The notes: generated by a model from the sequence alone, not told the origin. DNA of 56,462 nucleotides from Candidatus Kaiserbacteria bacterium (GCA_027083345.1 JALWOZ010000030.1:66977-123438), one strand, 5' to 3'; shown: positions 1-9,531, numbered from the stretch's first letter. Translations and numbers: made by a program.

Positions 1-2
1 AT

Positions 3-290
3 CTTAAAAAAAGAATACGTAAAACCGGCAGAATAAAGGGACTTATAGTGTCTGGGGTATTCTTACAAGATGATAATAGCAAAGTGGATATACTTATCGT
101 AGGCGACTCTATTAAGCACAGAGTACTTGAGAGTGCTATACGCTCTAGTGAGGCAGAGCTGGGGCAAGACTTGCGTTACGCTGTCTTCACTACCAATGAA
201 TTCAAATATAGGCTAAATATGCGAGACAGGCTAATTAGTGAAGTGCTAGACTCTCCACATAAAAAACTTCTCAACAGGTTGGGACTTTAA
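3..290 (+). CDS. hypothetical protein, C-terminal fragment (frame open to the left window edge)
   Basis: No in-frame stop between nt 3 and the TAA at 288-290. The listed GTG at 48 is probably internal. No family recognised with confidence. Confidence 0.5.
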   Translation, partial: LKKRIRKTGRIKGLIVSGVFLQDDNSKVDILIVGDSIKHRVLESAIRSSEAELGQDLRYAVFTTNEFKYRLNMRDRLISEVLDSPHKKLLNRLGL

Positions 291-385
291 CTTAATTTTT
301 AATGGTATAATGTAGTAGGTCGAAACCATAAACCTGTAGATATCACAGGTTAATTATAAATCCGGATTCTTAATTAAAAAATCAT

Positions 386-1069
386 ATGTTAATAAACTCG
401 TGGTCATTAATATTACAGGAAGCATTTCAAGATGTATTCCGTACTTTTGTAAACTTTGTACCAAATGTGGTAGGAGCTATACTCTTTCTAGCTATTGGCT
501 GGCTAGTAGGAGTTATCTTAGCTCGCATAGTTACACAAGTATTTAAAGCTGTAAGACTAGACAGTGCACTTAAATACGCCGGAGCTGAAGGTATACTAAA
601 CAAAGCAGGTATACCTTTAAACTCAGCCGTATTTATGGGTGAGTTAGTTAAATGGCTTATAATCATAACATTCTTAATGTTCTCATTAAATGTTGTGGGA
701 TTAGGTCAAGCCTCTGTGTTCATCAAAGATGCAGTTGTTATATTGTTCCCTCAGGTTATTCTTGCGGCAACAATCTTGATTATTACAGCAGTTGTAGCTA
801 AGTTTGTAAACGGTATCGTTACAAGCTCTGCCAAAGCAGCTAACGTAGACTCAGCTAGCTTTATAGGTAGTTTGAGTAAGTGGACCATCTGGGTAATGGG
901 TGGCCTAACTGCCTTTGCTCAATTAGGTATTGACTCTTCATTCATCTACACCTTATTTACTGGTGTAGTTGTTGCATTTAGTCTTGCATTTGGACTAGCC
1001 TTCGGATTAGGTGGTCAATCTGCAGCGGCAAGTTATCTTGAAAAATTTAAAGCTGATATGCGTAAATAA
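386..1069 (+). CDS. polytopic membrane protein with repeated conserved TM-helix motif (resembles the N-terminal region of MscS-like channels)
   Basis: 227 aa with several hydrophobic helices and repeated motifs of the form 'P..VGAILFLAIGWLVG..LA'. Followed by a terminator hairpin. Confidence 0.55.
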   Translation: MLINSWSLILQEAFQDVFRTFVNFVPNVVGAILFLAIGWLVGVILARIVTQVFKAVRLDSALKYAGAEGILNKAGIPLNSAVFMGELVKWLIIITFLMFSLNVVGLGQASVFIKDAVVILFPQVILAATILIITAVVAKFVNGIVTSSAKAANVDSASFIGSLSKWTIWVMGGLTAFAQLGIDSSFIYTLFTGVVVAFSLAFGLAFGLGGQSAAASYLEKFKADMRK

Positions 1070-1099
1070 CATTTTTGGTAACTTACCAAACAGTTTATT

Positions 1100-1131
1100 A
1101 AAATCCCGTAGGTAAATGCTTACGGGATTTT
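1100..1131 (+). terminator. intrinsic terminator hairpin
   Basis: aaaatcccgta (1100-1110) is perfectly complementary to tacgggatttt (1121-1131). Lies 31 nt after the stop of the 386-1069 gene. Confidence 0.7.
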
Positions 1132-1136
1132 AATAT

Positions 1137-1164
1137 TTGACTATCTCTTACTATTTGATAGTAT
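1137..1164 (+). promoter_or_regulatory. candidate sigma70-type promoter of tuf
   Basis: TTGACT (1137-1142), 16-nt spacer, extended -10 TGaTAGTAT (1156-1164). The same TGnTAGTAT -10 recurs at 33366-33374. Confidence 0.45.
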
Positions 1165-1262
1165 ATATCGCATATTTGTGGTTACTTTTGTTAACTTTCC
1201 GTTCTCGCGGATTTAACAAAGGTTGCCCAAATGTTTATTAGTTATTAGTAAAAATAAATATT

Positions 1263-2456
1263 ATGGCAGATGAATTTAACAGAGATAAGGACCACATTAA
1301 CGTAGGTACTCTTGGTCACGTTGACCACGGTAAAACTACGCTTACTGCTGCTATCCTTAACTCATTACACCTAGATGGGCAAAATGTAAAGATGGCTAAA
1401 ATAGATGACATCGACAACGCCCCAGAGGAGAAGGAGCGTGGTATCACAATCGCTCTATCTCACAATGAGTATGAGACAGCGACTCGCCACTACGCTCACA
1501 TTGATGCTCCGGGTCACGCCGATTACATCAAAAACATGATTACAGGAGCTGCACAGATGGATGGAGCCATCCTTGTGGTAGCGGCTACTGATGGTCTTAT
1601 GCCACAAACTCGTGAGCACATATTGCTTGCTAAGCAAGTTGGTGTGCCTAAGATTATCGTGTTTATTAACAAAACAGACATGCCTGACGTTGATGATGAG
1701 ATGATAGAACTTGTAGAGGAGGAGATCCGCGAGGTTCTTACACAATACAAGTTTGACGGAGAGAATACTCCATTTATACGTGGTAGTGCTCTTAAAGCCG
1801 CAGAGGCAACAAGCAAAGATGAATGGGTAGAGAAAATCCTAGAGCTTACAAAGGCTATGGATGAGTACTTTGATGTACCTGAGCGCGACCTAGATAAACC
1901 TTTCCTTATGCCTATAGAGGACATCTTCTCTATTGAAGGACGTGGTACAGTTGTTACAGGTCGTATAGAGAGAGGTAAAGTAAAGGTTGGAGAAGAGGTT
2001 GAGATCGTTGGTATCAAAGACACAACCACAACAACCGTTACCGGAGTTGAGATGTTTAATAAAAATCTACAAGAGGGTCTCGCAGGAGACAATGCCGGTA
2101 TCCTATTACGTGGCACTAAAAAAGATGAGGTGCATCGTGGACAGGTACTTGCCGCAAAAGGTTCAATTACTCCACACACAGAGTTTGAGGCTGAGGTATA
2201 TATCCTTACTAAAGAGGAGGGAGGTCGTCATACACCATTCTTCTCAGGTTATAAGCCACAATTCTATATGCGTACAACAGATGTTACAGGAGAGGTAACT
2301 CTAGCTGAGGGCACAGAGATGGTAATGCCAGGAGATACTGTAACCTTTAAAGTTAAGTTGGTAGGACCTATCGCACTTGAAGATCAGATGCGTTTCGCCG
2401 TACGTGAGGGAGGTCGTACAGTTGGTGCTGGTGTTGTTACTAAAGTAATTGCGTAA
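1263..2456 (+). CDS. tuf: translation elongation factor Tu
   Basis: 397 aa with [10 protein letters not shown] (G1), DAPGHADY (G3) and NKTD (G4). Full-length colinearity with EF-Tu. Confidence 0.98.
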   Translation: MADEFNRDKDHINVGTLGHVDHGKTTLTAAILNSLHLDGQNVKMAKIDDIDNAPEEKERGITIALSHNEYETATRHYAHIDAPGHADYIKNMITGAAQMDGAILVVAATDGLMPQTREHILLAKQVGVPKIIVFINKTDMPDVDDEMIELVEEEIREVLTQYKFDGENTPFIRGSALKAAEATSKDEWVEKILELTKAMDEYFDVPERDLDKPFLMPIEDIFSIEGRGTVVTGRIERGKVKVGEEVEIVGIKDTTTTTVTGVEMFNKNLQEGLAGDNAGILLRGTKKDEVHRGQVLAAKGSITPHTEFEAEVYILTKEEGGRHTPFFSGYKPQFYMRTTDVTGEVTLAEGTEMVMPGDTVTFKVKLVGPIALEDQMRFAVREGGRTVGAGVVTKVIA

Positions 2457-2572
2457 TTACTTTAGAGCTCTACTAATCCTAAACATAATTTAAGGATTAA
2501 CTATTGCGCTAAATATAAGTCTGTGGTAGATTATCACCACAATAAGTTGTACATTAAAAAATAAATAATCTT

Positions 2573-2938
2573 ATGGTAGAAAAAAAGAAGAAAGTTGCCC
2601 CAACTTCGCCCAAAAAGGCGACAAAGGGCACTGCAGAAAAATTACGTATAAATGTCCGTGCTTACGAACATAAGCTACTGGACATATCTACAAAACAAAT
2701 CATAGACACCGCTAAACGTTTTGACGCAGAGGTTCGCGGACCTGTCCCAATGCCTACCGAGATTAAAAAGTACACTGTATTACGCTCAACTTTCGTCAAT
2801 AAAGACGCGCGAGAACAGTTTGAGATACGCATACACAAAAGACTTATAGATATACTACACCCAGAGGCTAAAGTTATGGAAGCCTTAACAAACATCTCAC
2901 TTCCGTCTGGAGTATCAATAGATGTTAAAATGGTGTAA
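2573..2938 (+). CDS. rpsJ: 30S ribosomal protein S10 with a Lys-rich ~22-aa N-terminal extension
   Basis: Core 'RINVRAYEHKLLD...PVPMPTEIKKYTVLRS..VNKDAREQFEIRIHKRLIDI' matches S10. Sits directly after tuf. Confidence 0.93.
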   Translation: MVEKKKKVAPTSPKKATKGTAEKLRINVRAYEHKLLDISTKQIIDTAKRFDAEVRGPVPMPTEIKKYTVLRSTFVNKDAREQFEIRIHKRLIDILHPEAKVMEALTNISLPSGVSIDVKMV

Positions 2939-2965
2939 ATAGTAATTACATAACTTAAATATTAC

Positions 2966-2996
2966 AAAACCCGGCTCACGCCGGGTTTTGTTGTTA
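2966..2996 (+). terminator. intrinsic terminator after rpsJ
   Basis: aaaacccgg (2966-2974) pairs with ccgggtttt (2981-2989). Short loop, then a T-rich tail (ttttgttgtt). Confidence 0.8.
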
Positions 2997-3008
2997 TCGA
3001 TAGATTAT

Positions 3009-3497
3009 ATGTATAATAAGTATATGCAAAATATCGCACACAAAAGCTTATTTGCTACATCTGACTTTATACTATTAATGATGATAGTGATATCTACAGT
3101 GCTTAATACAATTAAGCCATTGAATATACTCCACATACCTTTATGGGTAAGAGTAGTGATGTCTACGGTATTACTCTTAACGGCTTGGGGTATCATACTG
3201 CTTACAAAAATAGAGTTTAAGAAACATAAAGAAAAGACTGGACCAGGACACAACACCAACGCCTTAATAACAAGTGGGCCATTACAATACTCTCGTAATC
3301 CTATTTATTTAGGGATATTTTTGTTATATATAAGTACATTCTTTATATTTAATAATCTTTGGGTCTTAATAACCTTACCTATAACATATTTACTTATAAA
3401 GTATTTACTAGTTCTACCAGAAGAGAAGATACTTAAAAAATATTTAAAAAAGATTACGTCACCTACACAAATAAGGTGCGCCGATGGATATAATTAG
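3009..3497 (+). CDS. isoprenylcysteine carboxyl / phospholipid methyltransferase family membrane protein, apparently frameshifted near the 3' end
   Basis: Multi-TM protein with 'GPLQYSRNPIYLGIFLL' and 'LPEEKILKKYL' (ICMT/PEMT-like). ATG at 3009 is preferred to the listed TTG at 2988, which lies inside the rpsJ terminator. The conserved family C-terminus DYVTYTNKVRRWI* is encoded in another frame (3452-3493), after an A6 run at 3446-3451. Confidence 0.6.
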   Translation: MYNKYMQNIAHKSLFATSDFILLMMIVISTVLNTIKPLNILHIPLWVRVVMSTVLLLTAWGIILLTKIEFKKHKEKTGPGHNTNALITSGPLQYSRNPIYLGIFLLYISTFFIFNNLWVLITLPITYLLIKYLLVLPEEKILKKYLKKITSPTQIRCADGYN

Positions 3498-3548
3498 AAA
3501 GTCCAACTAGTAGGCCTAATAGGACTTCTACATTTACAATATTATTTA

Positions 3549-3594
3549 CTAAAAAGGATTCTTAGCACCGCGAACTTCAAAGTGGAGGTGAGGG
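3549..3594. repeat. orphan copy of the 3' end of the M23 peptidase gene (direct repeat, copy 1)
   Basis: 44/46 nt identical to 4114-4159. On the minus strand it encodes PHLHFEVRGAKNPF*. Both mismatches (3573, 3585) are synonymous. Confidence 0.85.
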
Positions 3595-3598
3595 TTGG

Positions 3599-3626
3599 TT
3601 GCCTTGGTCCAAATCTTCCGTATAAT
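3599..3626 (+). promoter_or_regulatory. candidate promoter of hicBA
   Basis: TTGCCT (3599-3604), 16-nt spacer, perfect TATAAT (3621-3626). This ends 6 nt before the hicB ATG and no Shine-Dalgarno is visible, so the mRNA may be leaderless. Confidence 0.4.
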
Positions 3627-3632
3627 ACAAAT

Positions 3633-3860
3633 ATGCAAAATATAATACAATTTACTATTACCAAGTACACCGATGACGGTGTATATTATGTTGCTAGCGC
3701 CTCTAATGCACCAATTATAACACAAGGCGATACGCTAGATGAACTAGAATCTAATATGAAAGAAGCTATTCAATTATATCTAGAGGATGAAAAAGACTCT
3801 GCCTCGATGTTTACAAAACAACCGGCCGTGATGGCCAACTTCGAACTCGCATATGCCTAA
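3633..3860 (+). CDS. hicB: type II antitoxin, HicB family
   Basis: 'FTITKYTDDGVYYVASASNAPIITQGDTLDELESNMKEAIQLYLED' is the HicB/UPF0150 N-terminal fold pattern. Overlaps hicA by 8 nt. Start moved from the listed GTG at 3582, which lies inside the repeat. Confidence 0.75.
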   Translation: MQNIIQFTITKYTDDGVYYVASASNAPIITQGDTLDELESNMKEAIQLYLEDEKDSASMFTKQPAVMANFELAYA

Positions 3861-4107
3861 TATTCAAAAGGCAAAGTTACGCACTTTGTCTGGTAAAGAT
3901 GTGATCTCGATTTTTGAAAAGTTAGGTTTTGTGGTTAATCGTACTAAAGGGAGTCATGTTGTATTAAGACGCATGCACTTTGGTAACAAACAAACACTTA
4001 TTATACCAAAGCATAACAAGCTAAAAACAGGGATGCTGAGAGCCCTATACAAACAAGCTTTACAATATGTATCTGAAGATAAATTACGTGAACACTTTTA
4101 TACTTAA
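3853..4107 (+). CDS. hicA: type II toxin, HicA family mRNA interferase
   Basis: 'LSGKDVISIFEKLGFVVNRTKGSHVVLRR...IPKHNKLKTGMLRALYKQA' is a HicA/YcfA-like pattern. 84 aa. Confidence 0.8.
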   Translation: MPNIQKAKLRTLSGKDVISIFEKLGFVVNRTKGSHVVLRRMHFGNKQTLIIPKHNKLKTGMLRALYKQALQYVSEDKLREHFYT

Positions 4108-4113
4108 ATAACC

Positions 4114-4159
4114 CTAAAAAGGATTCTTAGCACCGCGGACTTCAAAGTGTAGGTGAGGG
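4114..4159. repeat. direct repeat copy 2, which is the genuine 3' end of the M23 peptidase gene
   Basis: See 3549-3594. The two copies are 565 nt apart and bracket hicBA. Confidence 0.85.
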
Positions 4160-5181
4160 CCTGTAGAGCGACCTGTGTTACCCACATAGCCAATTACCTG
4201 ACCTCGCACAACATTCTGACCAACATAGCTAATATTTTTACTCATATGAGCATACACGGTCTGGGTACCATTTGGATGTTTGATTATAGTATAGTGCCCA
4301 TAACCACCATTCCACCCCCTAGGACGCGCCAATATAACCTTACCGGGAGCACTGGCTACGATAGGAGTGCCTACAGGAGCTCCTATATCTACCGCATTAT
4401 AACCATGCAAGCCTTGAGTCTTTACTCCTCTATGATTCAATGGGTGTATAAAATACCCACCTAAATCACGAGATGACACATTATGAGCCCTACTTGTTGT
4501 ACCCCTACTACGACGCGCGATTCGACGTACTGGCTTGGGACTTGCAAACTCACCATTAGGTATAATCACAACGGTACCCTTAGCCAGCTCTTCATCAGGA
4601 CCAACTCCGTTGTATTCTGACGCCTCATCTATATTACCTCCATACTTTTTAATAACGTCTCTCAATGTACCACCACGCTTAATGGTGTATTTAATACCTG
4701 TCATAGGCAATATAACTAGTTGTTGCCCTATACGTATAGTTGAGCCCCTCTTGATGTCATTTGCCCATTTTATAGTATTAACAGATACACCAAAAGTCTT
4801 AGCTATTCCACTGAGTGTATCTCCTTTACGCACTATATATACACTAATCTGTCCATCTCCTTTATGCCCCTCGGAAAATTGGGTAACACTTCCAATGGGC
4901 CCACTCTCAGCAACTAAGGCTGAACCATTGCGCACAACAATATCTCCTCCACCTTTAGCTATATTAGGATCTATATTACGGGCTGCACGAGGAAGTGGTA
5001 TATTTTGTGAGTTATAACCATTATCTTGTATATACACTACCTTAGTAGAAAATAAATCGGTTATAGAATCCAATATACTGGCATCTGCCATAGAGGGGAG
5101 ACTAATCCCCAATGCAAAGAATATTGACACCCCAATAGAAGCAAAAGTCCTTTCTTTTATATTTATCTGTTTTATACGCAT
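4114..5181 (-). CDS. secreted LysM-domain M23 family metallopeptidase (peptidoglycan endopeptidase)
   Basis: N-terminal signal/TM segment. LysM repeats ('YIVRKGDTLSGIAKTFGVSVNTIKWAN', 'YTIKRGGTLRDVIKKYG'). M23 motifs 'HGYNAVDIGAPVGTP' and 'GNTGRSTGPHLHFEV'. Confidence 0.9.
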   Translation of the reverse strand: MRIKQINIKERTFASIGVSIFFALGISLPSMADASILDSITDLFSTKVVYIQDNGYNSQNIPLPRAARNIDPNIAKGGGDIVVRNGSALVAESGPIGSVTQFSEGHKGDGQISVYIVRKGDTLSGIAKTFGVSVNTIKWANDIKRGSTIRIGQQLVILPMTGIKYTIKRGGTLRDVIKKYGGNIDEASEYNGVGPDEELAKGTVVIIPNGEFASPKPVRRIARRSRGTTSRAHNVSSRDLGGYFIHPLNHRGVKTQGLHGYNAVDIGAPVGTPIVASAPGKVILARPRGWNGGYGHYTIIKHPNGTQTVYAHMSKNISYVGQNVVRGQVIGYVGNTGRSTGPHLHFEVRGAKNPF

Positions 5182-5358
5182 TGTTTTTACTGCTCGTCTT
5201 CCTTATTCTGAATTACTGTGTTTTATATATAATAACTATATATTCTTTTCTATCCTTATACTGTAACGTACCTATAAACATCGTCAACAGTCCACATATT
5301 GTACTGTGCATAACTAAAAAGTCAATACCACACCACATATCTCGGTAGTATGTCAATA

Positions 5359-6687
5359 CTAGTCTAAAATCTCTATATCTGCTCCAAGCTTATTGAGTCT
5401 TTGCGCTATAGCCTCATAACCCCTAGCTATAGAGTACACATTACGCAACACACTCTCACCCTCGGCCCCAAGCATAGCAAGGAATATAACAACAGCCGGG
5501 CGCAGTGCAGGGGGACACACGACTTGAGCGCCTTTAAGAGCCGTCTTGCCTGTTATTTCAACTCTGTGTGGGTCAAGCAGTTTAACCTGTGCGCCGAGTT
5601 TATTAAGCTCAGTAAAGTTAATAGCTCTGCTCTCCCACATCCAATCATGTATAAGAGTCGTACCCTCGGCCTGAGTGGCAATACTGGCGAAGTAGGGGAG
5701 ATTGTCTACATTAAGCCCTGGATATGGCAGTGGATGTATCTTATCCTCCGGTGCTGTGAGGGTGCTTTTATCTGCGTGTACTGTTATGTCTACAAGCTCC
5801 GTCTTGCCATTATTTGCCAAATACTTCTCTCCAATATCAAACTTCAACCCCATATATTTAAGCTTGAGCAATTCCACCTCAAGGAAGTTTATAGAGCATC
5901 TCTCAACAGTTAGCTCAGAGCTTGTCATTATAGATGCTGTGATAAAGCCCATTGCCTCTATTGGATCCTCACTGTTGTGCCACTCTGCATCCTTGTCTAT
6001 CTCACTTAGGCCCTCAATGGTTAATATGTGCGTACCAATTCCGCCTATCTTAACCCCCAAACTCTCCAAGAAGTAACATACATCCTGCACCTGATAGTTA
6101 GGTGGAGCGTACTTTATCACCGTCTTGCCCGGCACTCTTGCGGCCGCTATGAGTACATTAATAGCAGCAGTGTCACTGGCCTCATACATTATAATTTCTC
6201 TATCACTCTTTAACCCACTATTTGTAACCCTATAGTCATCGTCTAGCACCTCTATATTGACCCCAAGCTCCTCGAGGCCGTGCTTATGCGCAACAATAGT
6301 GCGCGCACCCATCTTGCACCCGCCGGCGTGAGGGAGTAAGAAGTCATCGCTGTAATGCACAAGAGAACCTAGGAGCATAAGTACAGAGCGCATCTTGCTT
6401 GCTGACTCTCTGTTTATCTTGCTAATATCCCACTCTTTAGGTGGCGTTATCTTAAGTGTAGTTTGCTCTCCTGTGTCCGGGTCAGGCAAAGCCTCCACCT
6501 CTATACCTAAGCTCTTAAATACTTCTAGCATACGACTTATCTCCTCGATGCGTGGTATGCCGTGCAGGGTAGTAGTGCCCTTGTTGATAAGTGCAGCAGA
6601 TACAAGCCCCATAGCCCCATTCTTAGAGGTATTAACCCGCACCGATCCACTCAACTTCCTTCCACCCCTAATCCTAAAGTCTGTCAT
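5359..6687 (-). CDS. murA: UDP-N-acetylglucosamine 1-carboxyvinyltransferase
   Basis: 442 aa. N-terminus 'FRIRGGRKLSGSVRVNTSKNGAMGLVSAALI' and catalytic-Cys loop 'AGGCKMGARTI' are typical of MurA. Confidence 0.9.
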   Translation of the reverse strand: MTDFRIRGGRKLSGSVRVNTSKNGAMGLVSAALINKGTTTLHGIPRIEEISRMLEVFKSLGIEVEALPDPDTGEQTTLKITPPKEWDISKINRESASKMRSVLMLLGSLVHYSDDFLLPHAGGCKMGARTIVAHKHGLEELGVNIEVLDDDYRVTNSGLKSDREIIMYEASDTAAINVLIAAARVPGKTVIKYAPPNYQVQDVCYFLESLGVKIGGIGTHILTIEGLSEIDKDAEWHNSEDPIEAMGFITASIMTSSELTVERCSINFLEVELLKLKYMGLKFDIGEKYLANNGKTELVDITVHADKSTLTAPEDKIHPLPYPGLNVDNLPYFASIATQAEGTTLIHDWMWESRAINFTELNKLGAQVKLLDPHRVEITGKTALKGAQVVCPPALRPAVVIFLAMLGAEGESVLRNVYSIARGYEAIAQRLNKLGADIEILD

Positions 6688-6722
6688 TGGGGTAAACTAT
6701 AACACCGTGCTAAAATACCGCA

Positions 6723-8741
6723 ATGTTAGATATTAATGAGCAGGAGCAATCTCGCTTAAAGGAGCTTAATACTCCGCAGCGGGAGGCAGTGCTCCATACC
6801 AACGGGCCATTACTCATAATAGCCGGAGCGGGAGCAGGGAAGACGCGGACCATTACACACCGCATAGTCCACCTTATTAAGAGTGGAGTAGTGCCCGAGA
6901 GTATCTTAGCTGTTACATTTACAAATAAAGCTGCCAAGGAGATGCGCGAGCGTATGCGAGAGTTGCTAAACTCAGACACTGAGATTAATCGTCCAATTAA
7001 TGCACTCAGCAGTGGTATGAGTATGCCATTTATGGCGACCTTCCACTCACTTGGAGTGCACATATTACGAGAGAATCATAAGCTACTGGGCCTACCACGC
7101 AACTTCACTATCTTCGATAGAGCAGACTCACTCAGAACCATCAAGAGTGCTTTAGTCAAGCTGGACTATGACCCAAAGCAATACGAACCTAAGACGATAC
7201 TGGGTATAATCTCTAAGAGTAAGGGTAGTAATGTAGGCCGAGAGGAGTTTACCGGCTCTGCTGCAGGAGGCAGTTATTATGGGGAGATAGCAAGTAAGGT
7301 ATGGCAGGAATATGAGAGAGCGCTTAACAAAGAGGGGGTATTAGACTTTGATGATCTACTAATAAAGACTCACGACCTGCTCTCGGAGCATGAGGATGTG
7401 CGCAGTAAATATCAAAAAAGGTGGCAATACCTACACATAGATGAGTACCAAGACACCAACGCCGTACAATACGACCTTGTGCGCCTTCTAGTGGGTGAGG
7501 AGCAGAACATCTGCGTCGTAGGTGATGGAGACCAGTGTGTCTACACTTGGCGTCAAGCCAAGCCAGAGAATATTAACCACTTTGAGAAGGAGTTTAACAA
7601 TGTTAAGACAATCCTACTTGAGCAAAACTACCGCTCTACGCAGAACATTTTAACTGCAGCTAATGACATAATCACCAAAAATACTAACAGGAAAGACAAG
7701 AAGCTCTTCACTCAAAATATAGAAGGCGAGAAAATCAGTATATACAGTGCATATAGTGCAGGAGACGAGGCCCGCTACATAGCAGGAGAATGCGAGAGAC
7801 TTATCAATGACGAGGGTGTCGCACCACGCGACATTGCCGTGCTCTACCGTGCCAACTTCCAGTCACGAGGCCTTGAAGAGAGACTCCTCTACTCCGGCGT
7901 ACCTTACCAAGTGCTTGGTACCAAGTTCTTTGACCGCAAGGAGGTTAAAGATGTCCTCAGTTATCTAAGAGCAGCACTCAACCCAAAGAGCACGGTGGAT
8001 ATGGCGCGCGCTGTAGCAACTCCAAGCCGAGGTATAGGCAAGATGACTCTCACTAAGATGCTTAGCGGGGAAGAACACACACTCGGCCCAGCACTACAAG
8101 AGAAGGTTCGCAAATTCAACAACCTCCTCACCGAAATTAAGCATGTCGCTCTCTCAAGTAAGCCGTCAGAGACCTTCACTCACATTATTAAAGCAAGTGG
8201 CATGGAGAATAAATATAAAAATGGCACAGAGGAGGAGCGCGAGCGCTTAGAGAACCTCAAAGAGCTTGTAACCCTAGCCACCAAGTACGACGCCCTAGAG
8301 CCGCAAGAAGGCCTGTCTGCCGGACAGGCAGGCATAGAGCATATACTACAAGATGCAGCCTTGGCCACAGACCAAGACGAGCTAGAGGAGGACAACAACG
8401 CAGTTAAGTTAATGACAGTACATGCCAGTAAGGGTCTGGAGTTTGACTATATCTTCATCACAGGGCTCGAGGAGGGCCTATTCCCCCATGATAAGTTGGG
8501 CGACAGTGCCGAAATAGACGACGAGGAGGAGAGGCGACTCTTCTATGTAGCTATTACCAGAGCGGGCAAAAAGTTATATTTGACCCACGCCACCACCCGT
8601 ACCATATATGGTAAAGAACAGGTCAATATGCCAAGCCAATTCTTAAACGACTTAGACCCGGGCTATCTTGAGGACGCCCGTGCAGAGGCCAGCGGCAATA
8701 CTACCAGCGACTCTAATAAAGTGGACTTAATAGACTTCTAA
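6723..8741 (+). CDS. uvrD: ATP-dependent DNA helicase, UvrD/PcrA family
   Basis: Walker A 'GAGAGKTRT', motif II 'DEYQDTN', 'VGDGDQCVY', 'QNYRST', 'VHASKGLEFD'. Confidence 0.93.
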   Translation: MLDINEQEQSRLKELNTPQREAVLHTNGPLLIIAGAGAGKTRTITHRIVHLIKSGVVPESILAVTFTNKAAKEMRERMRELLNSDTEINRPINALSSGMSMPFMATFHSLGVHILRENHKLLGLPRNFTIFDRADSLRTIKSALVKLDYDPKQYEPKTILGIISKSKGSNVGREEFTGSAAGGSYYGEIASKVWQEYERALNKEGVLDFDDLLIKTHDLLSEHEDVRSKYQKRWQYLHIDEYQDTNAVQYDLVRLLVGEEQNICVVGDGDQCVYTWRQAKPENINHFEKEFNNVKTILLEQNYRSTQNILTAANDIITKNTNRKDKKLFTQNIEGEKISIYSAYSAGDEARYIAGECERLINDEGVAPRDIAVLYRANFQSRGLEERLLYSGVPYQVLGTKFFDRKEVKDVLSYLRAALNPKSTVDMARAVATPSRGIGKMTLTKMLSGEEHTLGPALQEKVRKFNNLLTEIKHVALSSKPSETFTHIIKASGMENKYKNGTEEERERLENLKELVTLATKYDALEPQEGLSAGQAGIEHILQDAALATDQDELEEDNNAVKLMTVHASKGLEFDYIFITGLEEGLFPHDKLGDSAEIDDEEERRLFYVAITRAGKKLYLTHATTRTIYGKEQVNMPSQFLNDLDPGYLEDARAEASGNTTSDSNKVDLIDF

Positions 8742-8757
8742 CTGTAGACTAAAAAGT

Positions 8758-9531
8758 ATGCGAGCTAAAAAGTCATTAGGGCAAAACTTCTTAAAGAGTC
8801 CTGCTGTGGTGTGCAAGATGGTGGAGGTGGCCAAGCTCACAAATTCAGACACGGTGCTTGAGATAGGTCCTGGTAAAGGAGCCCTAACCTCAGAGCTACT
8901 TAACTCAGGGGCAAAGGTTATAGCTATAGAGAAGGACACCGAGTTAATCCCTATACTACAAAAGAAGTTTATAAGTGAGCTAGCCATCAAGCAATTAACA
9001 CTCTTCAATGCAGACATTTCCACATTTGACCCTGCTACATTGCCGGAGCACTACAAGCTCATAGCCAATATACCGTATTATATAACAGGGGAGATACTCA
9101 GGAGCTTCTTAGAGTCAGAACGGCAACCCTCAAGTATGACTCTCTTGGTACAAAAGGAGGTAGCACAGCGTATAGTCGCCAGAGATGCTAAGGAGAGCAT
9201 ATTGAGTATGAGTATTAAAGCCTACGGCGAGCCTAAGTATGTGCAGAAGGTGTCTGCAATGCTCTTCAACCCCAAGCCGAGAGTCGACTCTGCTGTATTA
9301 CACATCGCAAACATCTCTAAAGATTTCTTTATAACTAACAACATTACTGAAGGCGACTTCTTCAAGACTCTAAAGCTCGGCTTTTCTCAAAAACGTAAAA
9401 AACTAACAAATAATTTAAAAATCTCGCCAGACAGATTAATTAATATTGGTATAGACTCTAATGTTCGAGCAGAAGACTTATCTCTAGATCAATGGGGATT
9501 ATTATCAAAAGAATTTACAAAGATGCTATAA
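8758..9531 (+). CDS. rsmA: 16S rRNA (adenine1518/1519-N6)-dimethyltransferase
   Basis: 'KKSLGQNFL' and SAM motif 'EIGPGKGALT'. 257 aa. Confidence 0.9.
   Translation: MRAKKSLGQNFLKSPAVVCKMVEVAKLTNSDTVLEIGPGKGALTSELLNSGAKVIAIEKDTELIPILQKKFISELAIKQLTLFNADISTFDPATLPEHYKLIANIPYYITGEILRSFLESERQPSSMTLLVQKEVAQRIVARDAKESILSMSIKAYGEPKYVQKVSAMLFNPKPRVDSAVLHIANISKDFFITNNITEGDFFKTLKLGFSQKRKKLTNNLKISPDRLINIGIDSNVRAEDLSLDQWGLLSKEFTKML

Noticed and set aside
1455-2298. ORFs 1455-1745(-), 1523-2179(-) and 1987-2298(+) inside tuf
   Set aside because: They are shadow ORFs within a highly conserved EF-Tu gene. Their products are Ser/Cys/Ile-rich and unlike real proteins.
2988-3008. TTG start at 2988 for the methyltransferase ORF
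   Set aside because: It lies inside the rpsJ terminator hairpin and T tract. The ATG at 3009 (or 3024) is more plausible.
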